Assembly: GCA_050084515.1 (NCBI GenBank) | Contig: CM114271.1 | Span: forward strand, 28,458,001-28,522,000 | Direction: 5' to 3' | DNA from: Blasia pusilla | Taxonomy: Eukaryota | DNA length: 64,000 bases | Shown: in pieces, positions 1 to 13,404 of the stretch | Layout: each line of letters starts with the position of its first letter | Position numbering within the stretch: the first letter of the stretch is position 1 | Translations under genes and position numbers: made by a program | Notes under the pieces: model-generated | Seen by the model: only the letters and a program-made list of their open reading frames with translations | Databases searched by the model: none | Told to the model about the DNA's origin: nothing

Positions 1-3000
1 TTCCCCCTTACTAGTACTTATGGGGTTCTCCATCAACCCCCCTTTTGGAAAAGGAGGGTCGGGCCCTTCATTGTGGCCCTCAACCCGACTCTACTTACAG
101 TCGTTTCTGGGTTTCTTCTTAGTCGTTGCTTATGCGTTTGCAAAGATCTTTAGTGCGTTTGAACCGGCTTTCCATAAGCCTTCCAACGCACCCTTGTTTA
201 ATCCAAATGGATCTTGGCGCTAAAAGTTATGGTTATAAATACAGTTGGAAACTCTCAAACACTAGTGGTGTTCCAAATCCGGATTCTTCCTTTGGCAAAC
301 CACTTTCTAGACTCGACTCCTTTCAAGTCTTATTGCGCGTTTGGTCCAGGTTTCTTGGTCGCGACCACAACATCTGAAACGCGAAGCCTCGCTTGCGTCT
401 CGTCTCTTGTCTCTTCTTCGAGACTACTCCAATGCGCAAACCATCTTAGCGTGAGCCCGCTAATGTTCCGATGTTCCGCTTGGCACTCGTTTGGTCATGA
501 GGGTCGCGACAGTATTGGCAAGTCATTCGCTATTGCATGCAATTCCTGTAGTTATATTCTGAGTGCAACATGGTCCACTTCAGGCAGTGTAAATTTAGCA
601 GAAGATTGGGTGAAGTATTATAGTAAGGAAGGTAGGATAGAGGATGTGTTCCTCAAGTATTGACATTTTCAATGATAGAAATAATCCAAGTTATCCTAGT
701 TACTATTGGTTCTCTTCCAACTTGGAATGAGTTGGGGTTTCATGCACTTTCAAGTAAATGAAGGTTTTCTTCAAGTACTGTAATCCAAAGCTCAGTCAAA
801 AGCAATAAGAAAATGGTGGTTTAACAGCTATTGTGCTCAGAGTAATAGGTATGTGCATGATACACGTTGTTTAGACACAACTCATTGCATGGACATGCTA
901 GAGTACTCATTTTAGCAAAAAAGTCCCTTTCAAGCAATGGGAGATTAGCTCCAAAGCGAGCACACACATACAACAAGCTAGGGCAGGGGAAAGGGTAAGA
1001 TTCCTGCAAGCCCCCTATCCAGATTTGGATGAGGCATCTAGGGTTCTTCAATGGAACCTTGGTTTTTGTAGTTTACTTAGACTAGAACAAAGTTCTATAT
1101 TTCCTAGCAGCAACCTAGCAATCAGAACAAAAACACACAGATACTACCCCTAAGGGCAAGTCTACCAACATACCTTAATGTAGCTACACCTTTTGACTAG
1201 AACGTCAATTACACTTCAAAATACTTGCACGAAAAAATATCCAAATAAGTAAATAAGATCCAAATAACTAACCAGATGGTAAGGGGGTAGTGACACCGAT
1301 AGTTGGCCTTGCATGAAGAGATTTGCAGTAACAGATGCGAGAAGAAAGCAGAATAATGTACAAAAATTCTTATTGCAGTGTTGAATACTTAGGCAATGCT
1401 GGATAGTAAAACAAACACTTGTATTCAGTGAGATAGAAGGACATAATGGAATTGATAAGAGAAAATTCAGACATAAACAAAAATTCCTGCATAGTAGACC
1501 TTGGGCAGTAGCAGAAATATTGGTCCAACTCCCGAAAAATTGACTCAAAATGTGGAGCTCTAAATGTACAACTTGAAGTTCGCTTAGGTTCACTAGAGCA
1601 ACGAAAGTAAAAAAGTTTGGCTTAAAAAATGTCGCAGGATTCAAATGGCGAAGGACTTGCTATTGGCAGAGCGGGAGATTTTCCTTGAATCCGACAGGAA
1701 GACAAATTAATTTGCACCATATAGCACATTATATCAGATAAACCTTTAGATACAATCTTAACGATCACTAAAGAGTAATAACCCAGTGAATAGCACAATG
1801 GATTCCCTTGATTTCTCTTAGGACTCTAAGAGCCTTTGCCCAATGCTATAGTCATTTGCGACTTCCCTCATCCATTGCCCCAAAATTTCAAGGGCTTAGA
1901 AGAATGGTGGTTATCAAGGTATGGTTAGGGCTACTCAAAGCCCTACTTAGAAATCCTTGTGACAACGGGTGATAATTGGCATGACGATCATTTTGCTCAC
2001 TGGCGCACGAGAATGGTTTATCGTCTCCTTCCACGTTTCCAAACATCACGAAAATGATGCATCAGTCCTCCTCCTTGGCAAACATGTGAACTTAGAGCAA
2101 TGACATCAAGTTTGGGTAGTGCAATCGTAATATTGGCCCAATTCTCAAAAGATCAGGAAGACTCGGCAGTAGGGAATCTACCATAAACAACCCGTTCATA
2201 TAATTGATTCTGACATTCCAGAAGATAGAAAGGACAAGATGTGAACATAATTGTGTTGTGAGAAACTTTCAGGTCAAGGTTCACAGGCTAAATGAATGTC
2301 ACAATCTAACCAACACCTAATATTACACTTTGCGTGCCAAGGACACAGGGGCTCTCAAGAAGCTTTTTGAATTTGAGTTCCATACGCAAGTCGATGTGGA
2401 ACAAGGGAATAAGGTGCGGGCATCAAAGCTAACACGTAGCAACTCGAATCGATGGCAAAAAGGCCAGCAAAATGAAGGTAAAATCTGTATTTGAGGCGTT
2501 TGCAAGAAGAGAGGTACAAACCTCAAGAGGTACGAGGTAAATCTCTTCAAATGGAAAGGAGTGAAATGAAGGAAATGGAAGCAAGCGTGACACTAAGCAA
2601 CAACAAGATGATTTTAAGGACTAGAATACTTGTACATAGTAAGAGCCAACCACATTATCTGAATGATGAGGAAGCCAAGTGTGAGATACCAAAACCAAGA
2701 CCTAAAAGAAATGATGCGGAAACATAAGGTGAATAACCAAGCGAATCATGTGTGGATGGGTAGTCTATTGCAGTTGACAACTTAGAATTCCTCATCGCAC
2801 ACACGAGAACAAAAATTTTTGCCAGGATTGATGGAGGATCGATCGAGCAGGAGAAGAGAGGCGTGAACGTTCGGCGATAATACCAAGGAGAAGCAATGGA
2901 GGAGAAAGCAACGCTGTTGCGCTTGCGCAAACAAAGTGGACTCGGGCCAAGAATCCAAAACATTGGCTGACGGCTGGGTCTAATTGTGGTCTTTTCATTG

Positions 3001-6000
3001 GAGGTTGGAGATTCGCGATCAATCAAGCATTCAACGCAACGGCCCAAGGAGCATCCTATGCTTACAACCCTAGGAGGCTACGCATGTGACCTTATGCCAC
3101 GTAGTGACATACATTAATTGGAGCCCAGCCCATCGAGGATGAAAATTTGCGACGTGGAGTTGCCCCTAGCAGATATTTATGAAGAGGTGTGTTTGTAGAG
3201 GTCGTAAAAAATTCATCAAATAAGTGATTTTCTTTTACTTATTGAAAGATTAGGATTGGAAAGGGGATAATATTTTTCCCATAATTAATAAAGGAAAATC
3301 TATGAAAATTTATCTTCGACCCAAATTAGATGTATTAATTTTTGTTCTATCTTTCTTATGTTTTGTCATATTTTAAAAGATAAAACTTTATTCACTATGT
3401 GCCCATTAATTTCATATTATGGTCTTCCATATGTGAATCTTTTATTCCCCATCATCTCAACCGGTGCATCTCAAGGGAAAAAAAATATTAGTAGTATCTA
3501 TATCATTATCAAAGGAGTAATTTTCAAACGACGACACCTAATAGATCACCTAACGTCCTTTGAACCCAAAAGGGCAAAAGCATTGGGTAGGGGGGGGTAA
3601 CGTAAGAGGGCATTTAGGGTTATGGGCTTGTGGAGTGGATCCGCAATCACGGGTCCTAACTAGTAGAACCAAATGCTTTTCATGTGGAGGAATGCCTCCT
3701 CCACAAGTTCACAGTGTATCATCGAATCTCAAACGTAGTAAAGCCATAAAATTCTTAGATCGACTGCAGTCGCAGGCTACAGCATTGTACGAACCGAGAG
3801 GCACTTAGAAAATTCTACGAGGCATTGAGAAACCCTAATTCCGCAAGCCTCTAGAACCCTAACGCAGCTTTACATGTGAGGGAGGGTTTATTCCACAAGG
3901 CGTTAGAAACCGCAACTCATCTGTTTATTGAGTTAGGGTTTACAAACCCTAACTCTTGGCCCTGGAACCCTACACGTATGCGTTCTGGAGATAGGTATAT
4001 AGTGGCCGTCCACGCGATGCTGGAAATGGCGTGTGGCATTTGGAGTTGGATTGCAGGGAGCGGTGAGGAGCAGCCGATGTCGGATTGGAGGTACTTCCCT
4101 TCCCTCACTGTCCTGTCGGAGTTGTGAGGTAGTCGATTCAGAAGTTCTGTGAGGAGGAGTGACATTGAGCGTCCAAAGATATTTATGTCGCGTGGAGTCC
4201 CACTCTGCATGACGAGACGAATCGATGAAACTCCACAACGCACGTTTGTGAGCGACTCTACGTCAAAAGACCGGTCACGTGAATATCAGAAGCTCTTAGT
4301 GTCTGTCATTTCGCAGCGTCAATCGTGTTTTTCTCTGGGATTCATAATCCGGCAGTACTCAGGGATAGCGGCAGCCCGTCCGTCTGGGGCTGCCGGTTTA
4401 GCGACTATGTTCCCACTCGGGCATTGTGCCCAGTGTCGTCGTTGTCTCTTGGTCGACGAAGACGACCAAGAGACAACGACAAGAGATGTTTGGCAAGTCT
4501 CATCTGGTTCCCTGAAAAGACTAGCCGACGATGCAAATGAAGAAGACAAGCATATAACTGAGTTTTACAATGCTGACGGTCACGCGTAGTTCGTTTGACT
4601 CCACACCGTGGTGTCGTAGTAGTCTCCCCCTAGGCCGAGAGCTCTTTCTATTATAACCTACGATTCTAATCCTAGCTGGCCTTTGTCATTCGTAACCCTT
4701 CCATATCTGGCTTCCTTGACGTTCAGGGGTTGAGTTAGAGACACATAAACCAAAGAGAGGTCGAAGATGCAAACAAAGAAGACAAGCATATATCTGAATG
4801 CAATCTTGCTGATATCTTCTGTGACTACATGCCTGAGGCTGTTCTCTGTAGGTTTGAGTCTATTAGCTCCACCGACATCGGGATAAGTGCGGGAAGTTCT
4901 CTCAGGACGACTTTTGCCGTGTTGGGAAGCTTGCTGATAGATCCATGTCCTGTGTCTCCCAACGCTTTACAATTTTTTTGTTCGTATATCGATTTTTTGC
5001 ACCAATTTTTGCACACGTTTGGCCGGTGATTATTAACTGCTTCAGAGCTTTGGCACTGCTGAAACTATCAACGAGACTAGGACGATATGAGGCCATCAAA
5101 ATGGTGCACAGCAGATATCTCGCTTAGCAGCATTATTGGAGAGTGTGCGGGCATGCCGAGGATGAAGAGAATCACCAAATCAGTTATCCCTATCTGAACT
5201 TGTGATGAACTGGTATTACTACGGTTCTGACTCGATCCATGTCCGCCTTCGAAATGGAAATCGCCACTTAATGCTGCGAAGTGTCGCACTACTCGACCAA
5301 CCAGACTTGTAATTTGTCAGCGGTGTGGGCGGACAGTGAGGGGAGCTGAGTGAGAAGTCGTAGCGGCTATGAGACCACGCCCTATGATGTTGGAGAAAGC
5401 CAATCCCTGTTTTGAATGTCCGACAGATAGGTTACAACATAACTAAAGCAACAATCTCATCGTGTATCTACCTGGGTGTGACGTACGATAACGGAACGGA
5501 GAAGGTGTAATAAATAATTTAACCGTCGCACTTCTAACCACTGCACCATAATTCCATAGACTGCAAATTACCAAATGACCAACCGTTGCGCCTTCCCCAA
5601 CGTCACCAATGTCCACCCAGAATTCACCTGGGGAGTATGGGAGAGGTGAGTTCTTATGATACCTCTAATCCTCTTGCTATCTCGAGGAGGAAAATAGCAA
5701 GAAAATTCTCGATGCGGGAACAATTTACCTTAAACAAGTACCGAATTGTGTAAAGTAAGACTATTCACAAAGTCCGATAGAAAACCTTACGGGTGGAGAT
5801 AGTTTCCACATCGATCGAATCGTAAGTGATCACCCTAAACCCTAAAGTCATGTGCCATTGAAAATCAGAATAGTGGTGGATTGGAAAAGCCAACGAAATG
5901 AGCAAGGAGTCGAAGGTTGGGTCGCTGGGGAAGAGCGGCAAGAGACAGGCTGAAAGAAGATCAGGCGTTACACGTGGCCGGGTAGAAAGTGGCAGAGGAC

Positions 6001-6699
6001 GAGAGCACGTCCATGCATTTGGGACATTCCATAGGGAGGTGTGCCATCTCGATACACACACACAGGCAAGGGACGTACACACAGGCAAGGGACGTGAATG
6101 GAGGAAGGTGGGAAAGAATGCCGAGAGGAGCAAAACTGAAAGAGGGGTCACGAGCAAGGTCCGGGGAGTTTTTTATGCGAGAGGGTAAGGATCTGGCAGT
6201 AGGTTGAATCAGCCGGTAATTAAACATTTCTAACCGGTTTCAAATGCCAATAATTGAAACTCCCAGGAAATATCTGGGTTTAAAATTTTTTTTTCAGTAA
6301 TTTACCAAAATTTGATTCTTCTCCACGATTCATTTCTCATTACTCGAAATGTTGTCCGGCTGATGACCGGGAATTTGAAATACTAATCGGAAAATTTCTT
6401 CGGACTCTACTCCACTTCAGCCTCTTGTGGACTTTAATTTTATTGGAAACAATCATTTCACACGTTTTTTTGCTACATCATCTTTGGCGGGAATTGAACC
6501 TGGCTAGGCCTCCCACCGGAGTGGGGACTAAGGATTTTACTCCTCTGCAATACATTGAAGCTTGTTAATAAAAGTTTCAATGTATTAGAAAAGTGATCCC
6601 ATTATCCCTACCACTAAGCTTTTCCCTTTCATCTTACACATCCACAACAGTTTCATTTGGGTCTAAAGCATTTAAATTTACGTGAACCATTGATGGAAT

Positions 6700-8793
6700 T
6701 TCTATCTCAGAAATAAATCTCCCATGATTGGCATACACATACCTAAAGTGCGTTGAATTCTTCCAAAGAATTACAGATTCAACCAACAAAGCTTCATCAC
6801 ATCTATTTCCCCCTCTAAGGCAATTCTAAGAACAACATCCAAATGCTTTGTCATTAATCTATTCCTACTTTTAGTCTTAATCATATTTTGCACAGAGAAA
6901 GCTCTCTCACAAATAGCAGTACTAACACATTGTACCCTAGCAATATTAGATAAAATGAGTGAGTTAGAGAACTTACATTGCAAGGACGGGCTCCAACTTA
7001 CCATAGCCCACAAGTCCTTGAAGTTCCGATCTTTCCACTCTGTGGAGGTCATGAGCTTAAATGATTGAAACTCTTGTTTCACAGCTCCTACACTTAGTAA
7101 AGAAGGTTGCAAGTGACCTTTGAAGGGTAAGTCCGTCCCAAAATGTGCACAGAGGTCATCCAATTCCTTACAACCCCAGTTGTGTAGTCCCACTTGCCTT
7201 GAAGGCATGTGTAGAGGATTCATTATCCTCATAGCACTAATCAAGTTGTTATCACTAAACCGATCTCGTAAAGCTACACAAACACTCTCTGAAAAATTCT
7301 TTTGAAACAAGAAGGCAACCTCTAGATCCTTCCCTGTCCAACGTTTCAAATAACCCCATGGAGGACCAAAGTGTGGGAGAATGTGATAACCACTTTCTTC
7401 AAAGAAAGTGGAGGCATTCAGATCAGGGTTCTCCATTAAAAAATCATTGTTATGGAAGCTCTTTTAGAAGTCACTATACTACCTATGGTACTAACATCTA
7501 AAAACTTATATTGGAACGCCTTATTCAAGTTAGCAAGAAGAAACAAAATATTTGCCAACAAATACAAGCTGATAGATCATTTGAAATGATCTGAGTTTGT
7601 TATACAAATTGGCAGCATTACCATGATCTTCAGAGGGCGAGATATCTCTGAAATATGTAAGGACAGATTCCAATGAGTCACATAAACAAGTAACAGCCTG
7701 CCAACGTGACAACCAACGAATTTTGTGGTACCTCCTCATCACTTTCTGAGAATCATTCAACCTCTCTTGCAAAGTTGCAACATCACACTTCCTCTTAAAA
7801 GACCTTCTAAAATATCCAGCTACTGCATTCAAGATTGAACCTTTTGCTGCTGTTAAAGCAACCACGTTCGTCCTGTGCGCCACATAATGTACAAACAACA
7901 TGAAAGGATTTAACTTTTGTTTCATCTGAGAGGCTACTCCGTTTTGGCTTTCTACCATAGTGGAAGCTCCATCACATCCAAAGGCCACAGATTTTGATCC
8001 CTCTAGTCGCGAAATCCTTTATCAACTCCAACAAATTGTTAGTGATTGCATTCAAACATTTCTCTGGACATTGTAACAATCCTATAAAACAACTCTCCAC
8101 CTGGCACTCATCTAAATAAGTTGCAAATACAACAAGGTGTTAAGTGACAGAAATATTTGTGGACTCGTCAATCATTATCCCAAAGAAAGGAGATTGTTAC
8201 ATTTTAGAAAGGTTCCTCCTAAGAACAAATTGGCTAGTATAATAACACATATCAGCACAAATTTATTCATCTTGGTACAAATCGTGGATTACAGGTGCAT
8301 TCACAGAAATCAATAACTTACACAGATTTGAGAATTTTGAAAATGGCAAGGCTTCCTTTGCAATGAAATATGCACATTTGAACAGAGTCAAAAGTGCAAG
8401 ATCACAAGTCCGATTCGTAGTCGCTATAGCCTTGACCATGGATCTGCTCCCCATATTCGCAGCCCATGCAAGCTTCATGTGCTCATTCGACTTACCATGA
8501 TCTGTGAAGCCTGAAACCTTACAGTTTATAGCTCCATCCCTAGCAAAGGAGCTTTTCCCCTTACCTTGTCTACAAACTTTACAAGAAATCCTACCGGATT
8601 CTACATGGAATTCTATCCAATCGAACATGCTATACCATAGGTCCTTCCAAGCCAACCGATTCTTTTTAATTGAACTTGCCAAAGGAGCATTCGATTGGTC
8701 CATCTCTCTCCCATCTGATGATCATGATCTAATGCTATCTTCTACAATATCGTAGTACAACATCTCATTCATGGTTTGCTGCCTCTTAGCCAT
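6700..8793 (-). pseudogene. hAT-superfamily transposase (ZNF862-like), disrupted
   Basis: Collinear ORF pieces 8263-8703 (W..F.W, CKVC...H zinc finger, AYFIAKEALPFSKF), 7530-7988 (FGCDGASTM, HYVAHRTN, IRWLSRW) and 6771-7436 (STAICERAFSVQNMIKTKSRNRL, hAT dimerization motif). Interrupted by stops and frameshifts; no TIRs identified; limits approximate. Confidence 0.88.
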
Positions 8794-9749
8794 GTAGAGG
8801 CTAATGAGACTGTGAGTGGGATGTACACTAAATTAGGGTGGAAGTAACCTATTGTACGGTGAGTAGAGGTTATGCGACCTTCTGTACCGTGAGAGGCTCA
8901 AGAAGAAGCTACCAAGCCAAGCGGCCGGCTTACAACGATGGGCGGATAGCTTGTGAGGGTGGCAAGCGACAAGAAGGGAGTTACACCCTAAGACAAGCCC
9001 CAAACTCCAAGCAAGTAAGTCAAAAAATGTGAAGCAGCTTGGGCACAATGCAAAGGTGGAGTAGCCCCCGAGAGCAAGGCTGAGCGAGCAGATTATGAAG
9101 AGTGAAACGGCAGCCCCGAGTCCCCAACCAACGACCCCCGCACTACCTCTTCGAGCCACACACTGGCACACAGTGTCGCCCAACCCCAAAAGCCGAAGAC
9201 CCACTTTGTCCGAGCTCTTGAGTTTCCTGAATCCCAGAGTGAAACACTTTGCCAACCACGAAGCTACGCGGCGTAGTACCCGCGCAAAATCAAACAGCTC
9301 CCGAGCCCGAACTAGATGAAAGGAAACTCCCTCAAGAGCAACTCTCACTCCATGCAAAACTGGAGCAGCTCGAGCTCAATACAGACGAGCAAATGTGACT
9401 CACAGAAGAAAAGCACCTAGCTCCTATGCAAGAGCCAAAGAGTCCCGGGCCCAAGCTTGATCAAAAAGTGAAGCAGCCCAACCGCAATTACAGAATGACA
9501 ATATGTGAAGAGACAGAGTCACAAAGAACAACCGCGCGGAAGCAAAGAAACTCTTCGAAGAGAGAGAGAACGAAAGCAGAGGCTGCAGTTCTGAACGACA
9601 AGAGTAAACCCCTCCGAGGCTCAGGAGCGACAAACCCCGCGGCCCCACACTACCCCTATGAGGCTCAGAGGCGCACTTCCGCCGAATCCACCCCGCAGTG
9701 CCGCACTACCCCTCTGAGAGTCTGAGCCACATTCCTACTCATAACACAC

Positions 9750-10395
9750 CAACCTATGAGTCATTCATAGTCATAAAGTCAAACTCTCAAAGTCATAAAA
9801 AACCAGCTCGATCAATCATACATAGTCATAATGGAAAAACTCCGTTAGTCATTTATAGTCATTCCTTCACAACCAGACTCGTCATTCTCAGTCATTACAT
9901 GCTAATATTAGTCATATATGAGTTACTACGCCACGCTTGTGTACACGTGTTAACATATTATTGGATATTATAGGATCTTTTCAAATTACTCTACGAATGA
10001 TATGACTCGAGTAGTCGTGAATAAACAATGACTACTAATTTTGTCCTTATGTGTTGACATGGCAGTTGCTCAAGTCAATGTGTCATTCCTCTTGCTGAGG
10101 TGTCTTGTCCATTTTGGCCCTTTGGGTCCCACGAGCTTGAAATATTTACCATTTACCATTTCATATGCTGACATGTCATTTGTACACATCATGTTCATGG
10201 CGTGGCAGTCGTAATGAAATGACTACGTGTTTGACTCCTCCACGTCATTTGACTAAGTTAGTAATCTTAGTCATTTGGCATATATGACTTGGCTTTTGTG
10301 TCTCTACGAGTAAGCAATCATTCCTAGTCATTCATAAGAATATGACTCAGTTTAGTCATATATCCTAGTCATAAAAGCAAGCTTTTCTTCTAGTG
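9750..10395. mobile_element. Probable CACTA-type terminal fragment with AGTCAT/ATGACT subterminal repeats
   Basis: Ends in GCTTTTCTTCTAGTG (10381-10395), the reverse complement of CACTAGAAGAAAAGC. Preceded by ~650 bp dense in AGTCAT/ATGACT motifs in both orientations. Confidence 0.45.
10117..10161 (+). repeat. Very short 5'-truncated copy of the LINE 3' tail
   Basis: CCCTTTGGGTCCCACGAGCTTGAAATATTTACCATTTACCATTT matches the tails at ~11150-11190, ~28813-28853, ~47343-47390 (reverse) and ~49270-49326. Confidence 0.7.
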
Positions 10396-10799
10396 ACGAG
10401 TCTTACGTCTCCCATGTCCTGGACTTGGGATGTCCCTCGAGCTTAACAAATCTAAGCGATTTAGACACCGACCTAATCCTTCACTCCCTGACACAAGCAA
10501 GCCCTTCAAGACTTGGGACATACTTTCTTCATAGTCCAGGAATCTAAAATGACGGTAGTGCACCTAGAGGTCCCCACTACCCAATGGATCTCGAATGAGT
10601 CTCTAGCCAGTCTAAATGTTTGAGCCACAGATCAAGGTCCAAGGTTGATATCCAATAATTAATCCTCTTGGGCTTGGTTTCTTATTCGCATCTTGAAACC
10701 AACCTATTGATCTATTTTGTGCCCTTGGTTCATTCCCACGGTACCCTATGGTTCTCCAAGGTAGGGTTTGGGTCCCAAACTTCCTTGGAGACTCTCCCC

Positions 10800-11192
10800 T
10801 TATCGCACGACATCGGACTAGATCTCATAGACTAGGAATTGAGGAAGGAAAATGGCTCAACGTTAATAGAAGCAAACAAATATGTAGGTTATGCGACTTA
10901 GGAAGTATTGAGGATGAAGAGCATGTGTTTGTTACATGTTCTAGATATGAAGAGATTAGACTAGCTGCTCATAAAACAGATGTTGGGAATTTCTATTCTT
11001 TACTACAACTAGTGCCTTATGATTTTGGTTGTTATATTAGGGTTTTCATTATTCGTTGCTCAAGTGCTCTAGGCATTGGCTAGGATAAGGCTCATAGGGT
11101 CTTTTCTTGATTCGGTGTATTACTTATGATGTGTTTTTTAGCCTTTTGACCCTTTGGGTCCCATGGGTTTGATTTATTTACCATTTACGATT
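10800..11192 (+). mobile_element. LINE 3' fragment (C-terminal CCHC region, 3' UTR and TTTACCA tail)
   Basis: HRTRSHRLGIEEGKW...CRLCDLGSIEDEEHVFVTC is typical of an APE-type LINE ORF2 C-terminus. The 3' UTR is shared with four other copies in the window. Confidence 0.8.
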
Positions 11193-13404
11193 TGTCATTT
11201 ATAAAGTTATAGAGATCTCCACCCCTCCCTACCTTTGGGAAAGTCCTATTGGGCAACTCCTTGTGGCTCTCAATCCAACTATCATTCTGATGATTCAGGG
11301 GTGGTTTCTTAATCTCTATTCATGCATTTGTCTGGATCCTTAGTGTGTTGGAATCGTCTTTTCCTAAGCTTTCCAATGCTATCTTATTCATCCTAAACAC
11401 ATATTGTGTCTAATGGTTATGACCTCAAATGCTAAGAAACCCCAAATGCTTAGTGAAGTTCCAAGTCCCTTGGCACTTGACTCTTGGGCGACTTGAGCTC
11501 CTCTCAAGTATTGTTTGGCATTTGGTCTAGTTCTACTAGATCACAAAAATCATCACTTGAGATGCCCAACAAGTCTCGCGTCTCTCTTAAAACTTATGTC
11601 TTATTATAGAGACTCTAACACGCTTCTATCATAGTGTGAGCCCACTAGAGTTCTGATGTTCCGCATTATCTTCGTTTGGTTGTGAAAGTCGCGATATTTA
11701 TATGCCTCAACGTACAATGAGACGCCTTGTTGCAAACTTCCACCACCCTACATAAGAATAAAGATGGTGGTGAATTGAATATGAGGAGGCGTTCTCCGTG
11801 TCACATCTACCTTGTTGATGGCGTAGAGGGTCAAAGGATTCGGGCATAACTTATGCCCGAGATGAAAAATGAGGTTGGAGAAAACTCCATTGCGCCCAAA
11901 TTTTTGTTTAGAACAATTCTCTTCTTTTTCAATTTTAGGCCAAGTGACTCGTTGATCGAGTCAACAATCATTGGTAACTTGTTTGCTAGGGTTAATTACC
12001 AGTTTGGGCTATTTTTGGAGAAAGAGCTCTTTTGTTTTTTTCCCAAGGGTATGAGGATGAGGGAGAGGGCTTTTATAACCCATCTTTCTTATGTTGAGCC
12101 TTTGGAGCACCTCTCTTGTTTGTGTTTAGTAGGCGCTAGAGTGTTAGAGTCTAGATTCCCTTATGGTGGAGGGTGGATGTGACTTGATATATTGATGTAG
12201 AGTTGAGAATAGGATTGGTCATGTGAGCCATTTTTAATTAGATTTCTTTTTGTGTGATCTTGATATACATGCATGAGTCGGTTTTTTGTGCGTGTTAGGA
12301 AGATCGGTGTCGAGTGTTGTGTAGATATGATCAATAGTATAAATTATGTAGTCATGTGTATGCGCACCATATCTGGCTAGCCTGGATGTGAGTGACAAAA
12401 TTTGGCATATTGCTTGTAAGTCCGGGCTGCCAATAGGCAATGGGAGATGAGAGTTAGCTTTGGGCTGGCCCGCGCGGGTTTTCTACGGGATGCGGAAGCA
12501 TACGCGTGGGGCATGGGATAATGCTTGTCCTGTCGAGGCGGATAGGTCGGTAGATACCCCATTGGACATGACGGTCATGCGGCGAACCTACGGTAGATAA
12601 CACCCCCTACTGGTCCATAGCGGCATATGGAGCAAAGTTTAAATTAAGTCATACATAGCAAGAACCCAACATGCTCGACCTTACTTCCCGAGTAGCATCC
12701 AACTCTTCCCCATCACTCCTGTCACTGGGATTGCGATTGAAGCTGCGGACGTAGTTTGGGTGGGGACGGCGGGAGGCATGGACGGGGACGGCGGGAAGGA
12801 GAACGGTGGGCGACGGGGAAGAGAGGGAACGTGCTACATATCGAAACGGAGAGTGTGACGAGGGCTTTGTTTTGATCCAGACCTTGATGCATGGGGTGAA
12901 GTATTTTTATTTTTATTCATCTTTTTAGAATTTGGTTCATATTAGGGTTCCAAATGTGAGTATTAGAGCTTTGCTCATTGTCATTTGGAGAAATTTCCCA
13001 AGGTAACGTCCTCTATTCATCCACCCTTCCCCTCCTTTCCCAAGTCCTTCCTTGTTTGTCGTATTTGATTCTCATTTTGGTTCAATTCACATTTGTATTT
13101 GTTACCCCTCCCGTAGATACACCTTTCTTCTCATCTATTTTATCTCGATTGGCCCATGATCTTTTTACACTCTTAGCAACTCTAGGTATTCATGAGTTCG
13201 TTTTTGGGAGGGGGTTGGGACTAGAAGTCCTAGGTGATGTCGGTAGGTGAGAGTTTATGTTAGAGGGAGCATTACCGTGGACGGGAAGAGAGTTGTTTGC
13301 CAGGACCGCTTGTTCGAATGGGGATGATTGGACTGTTATTGGCGGGGGATTGTCGCACAATTTTATTGGAGGAGGCCATGTCCTCTTCTTGGTGAGTTGC
13401 ATCC

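Noticed and set aside
3830-3952. Interstitial telomere (AAACCCTAA / TTAGGGTTT)
   Set aside because: Only scattered single telo-box-like motifs, not a tandem array.
1-5760. Short ORFs (e.g. 1216-1644, 4149-4589) as genes
   Set aside because: No recognisable domains or consistent splice structure. Probably decayed TE sequence, but I cannot assign a family.
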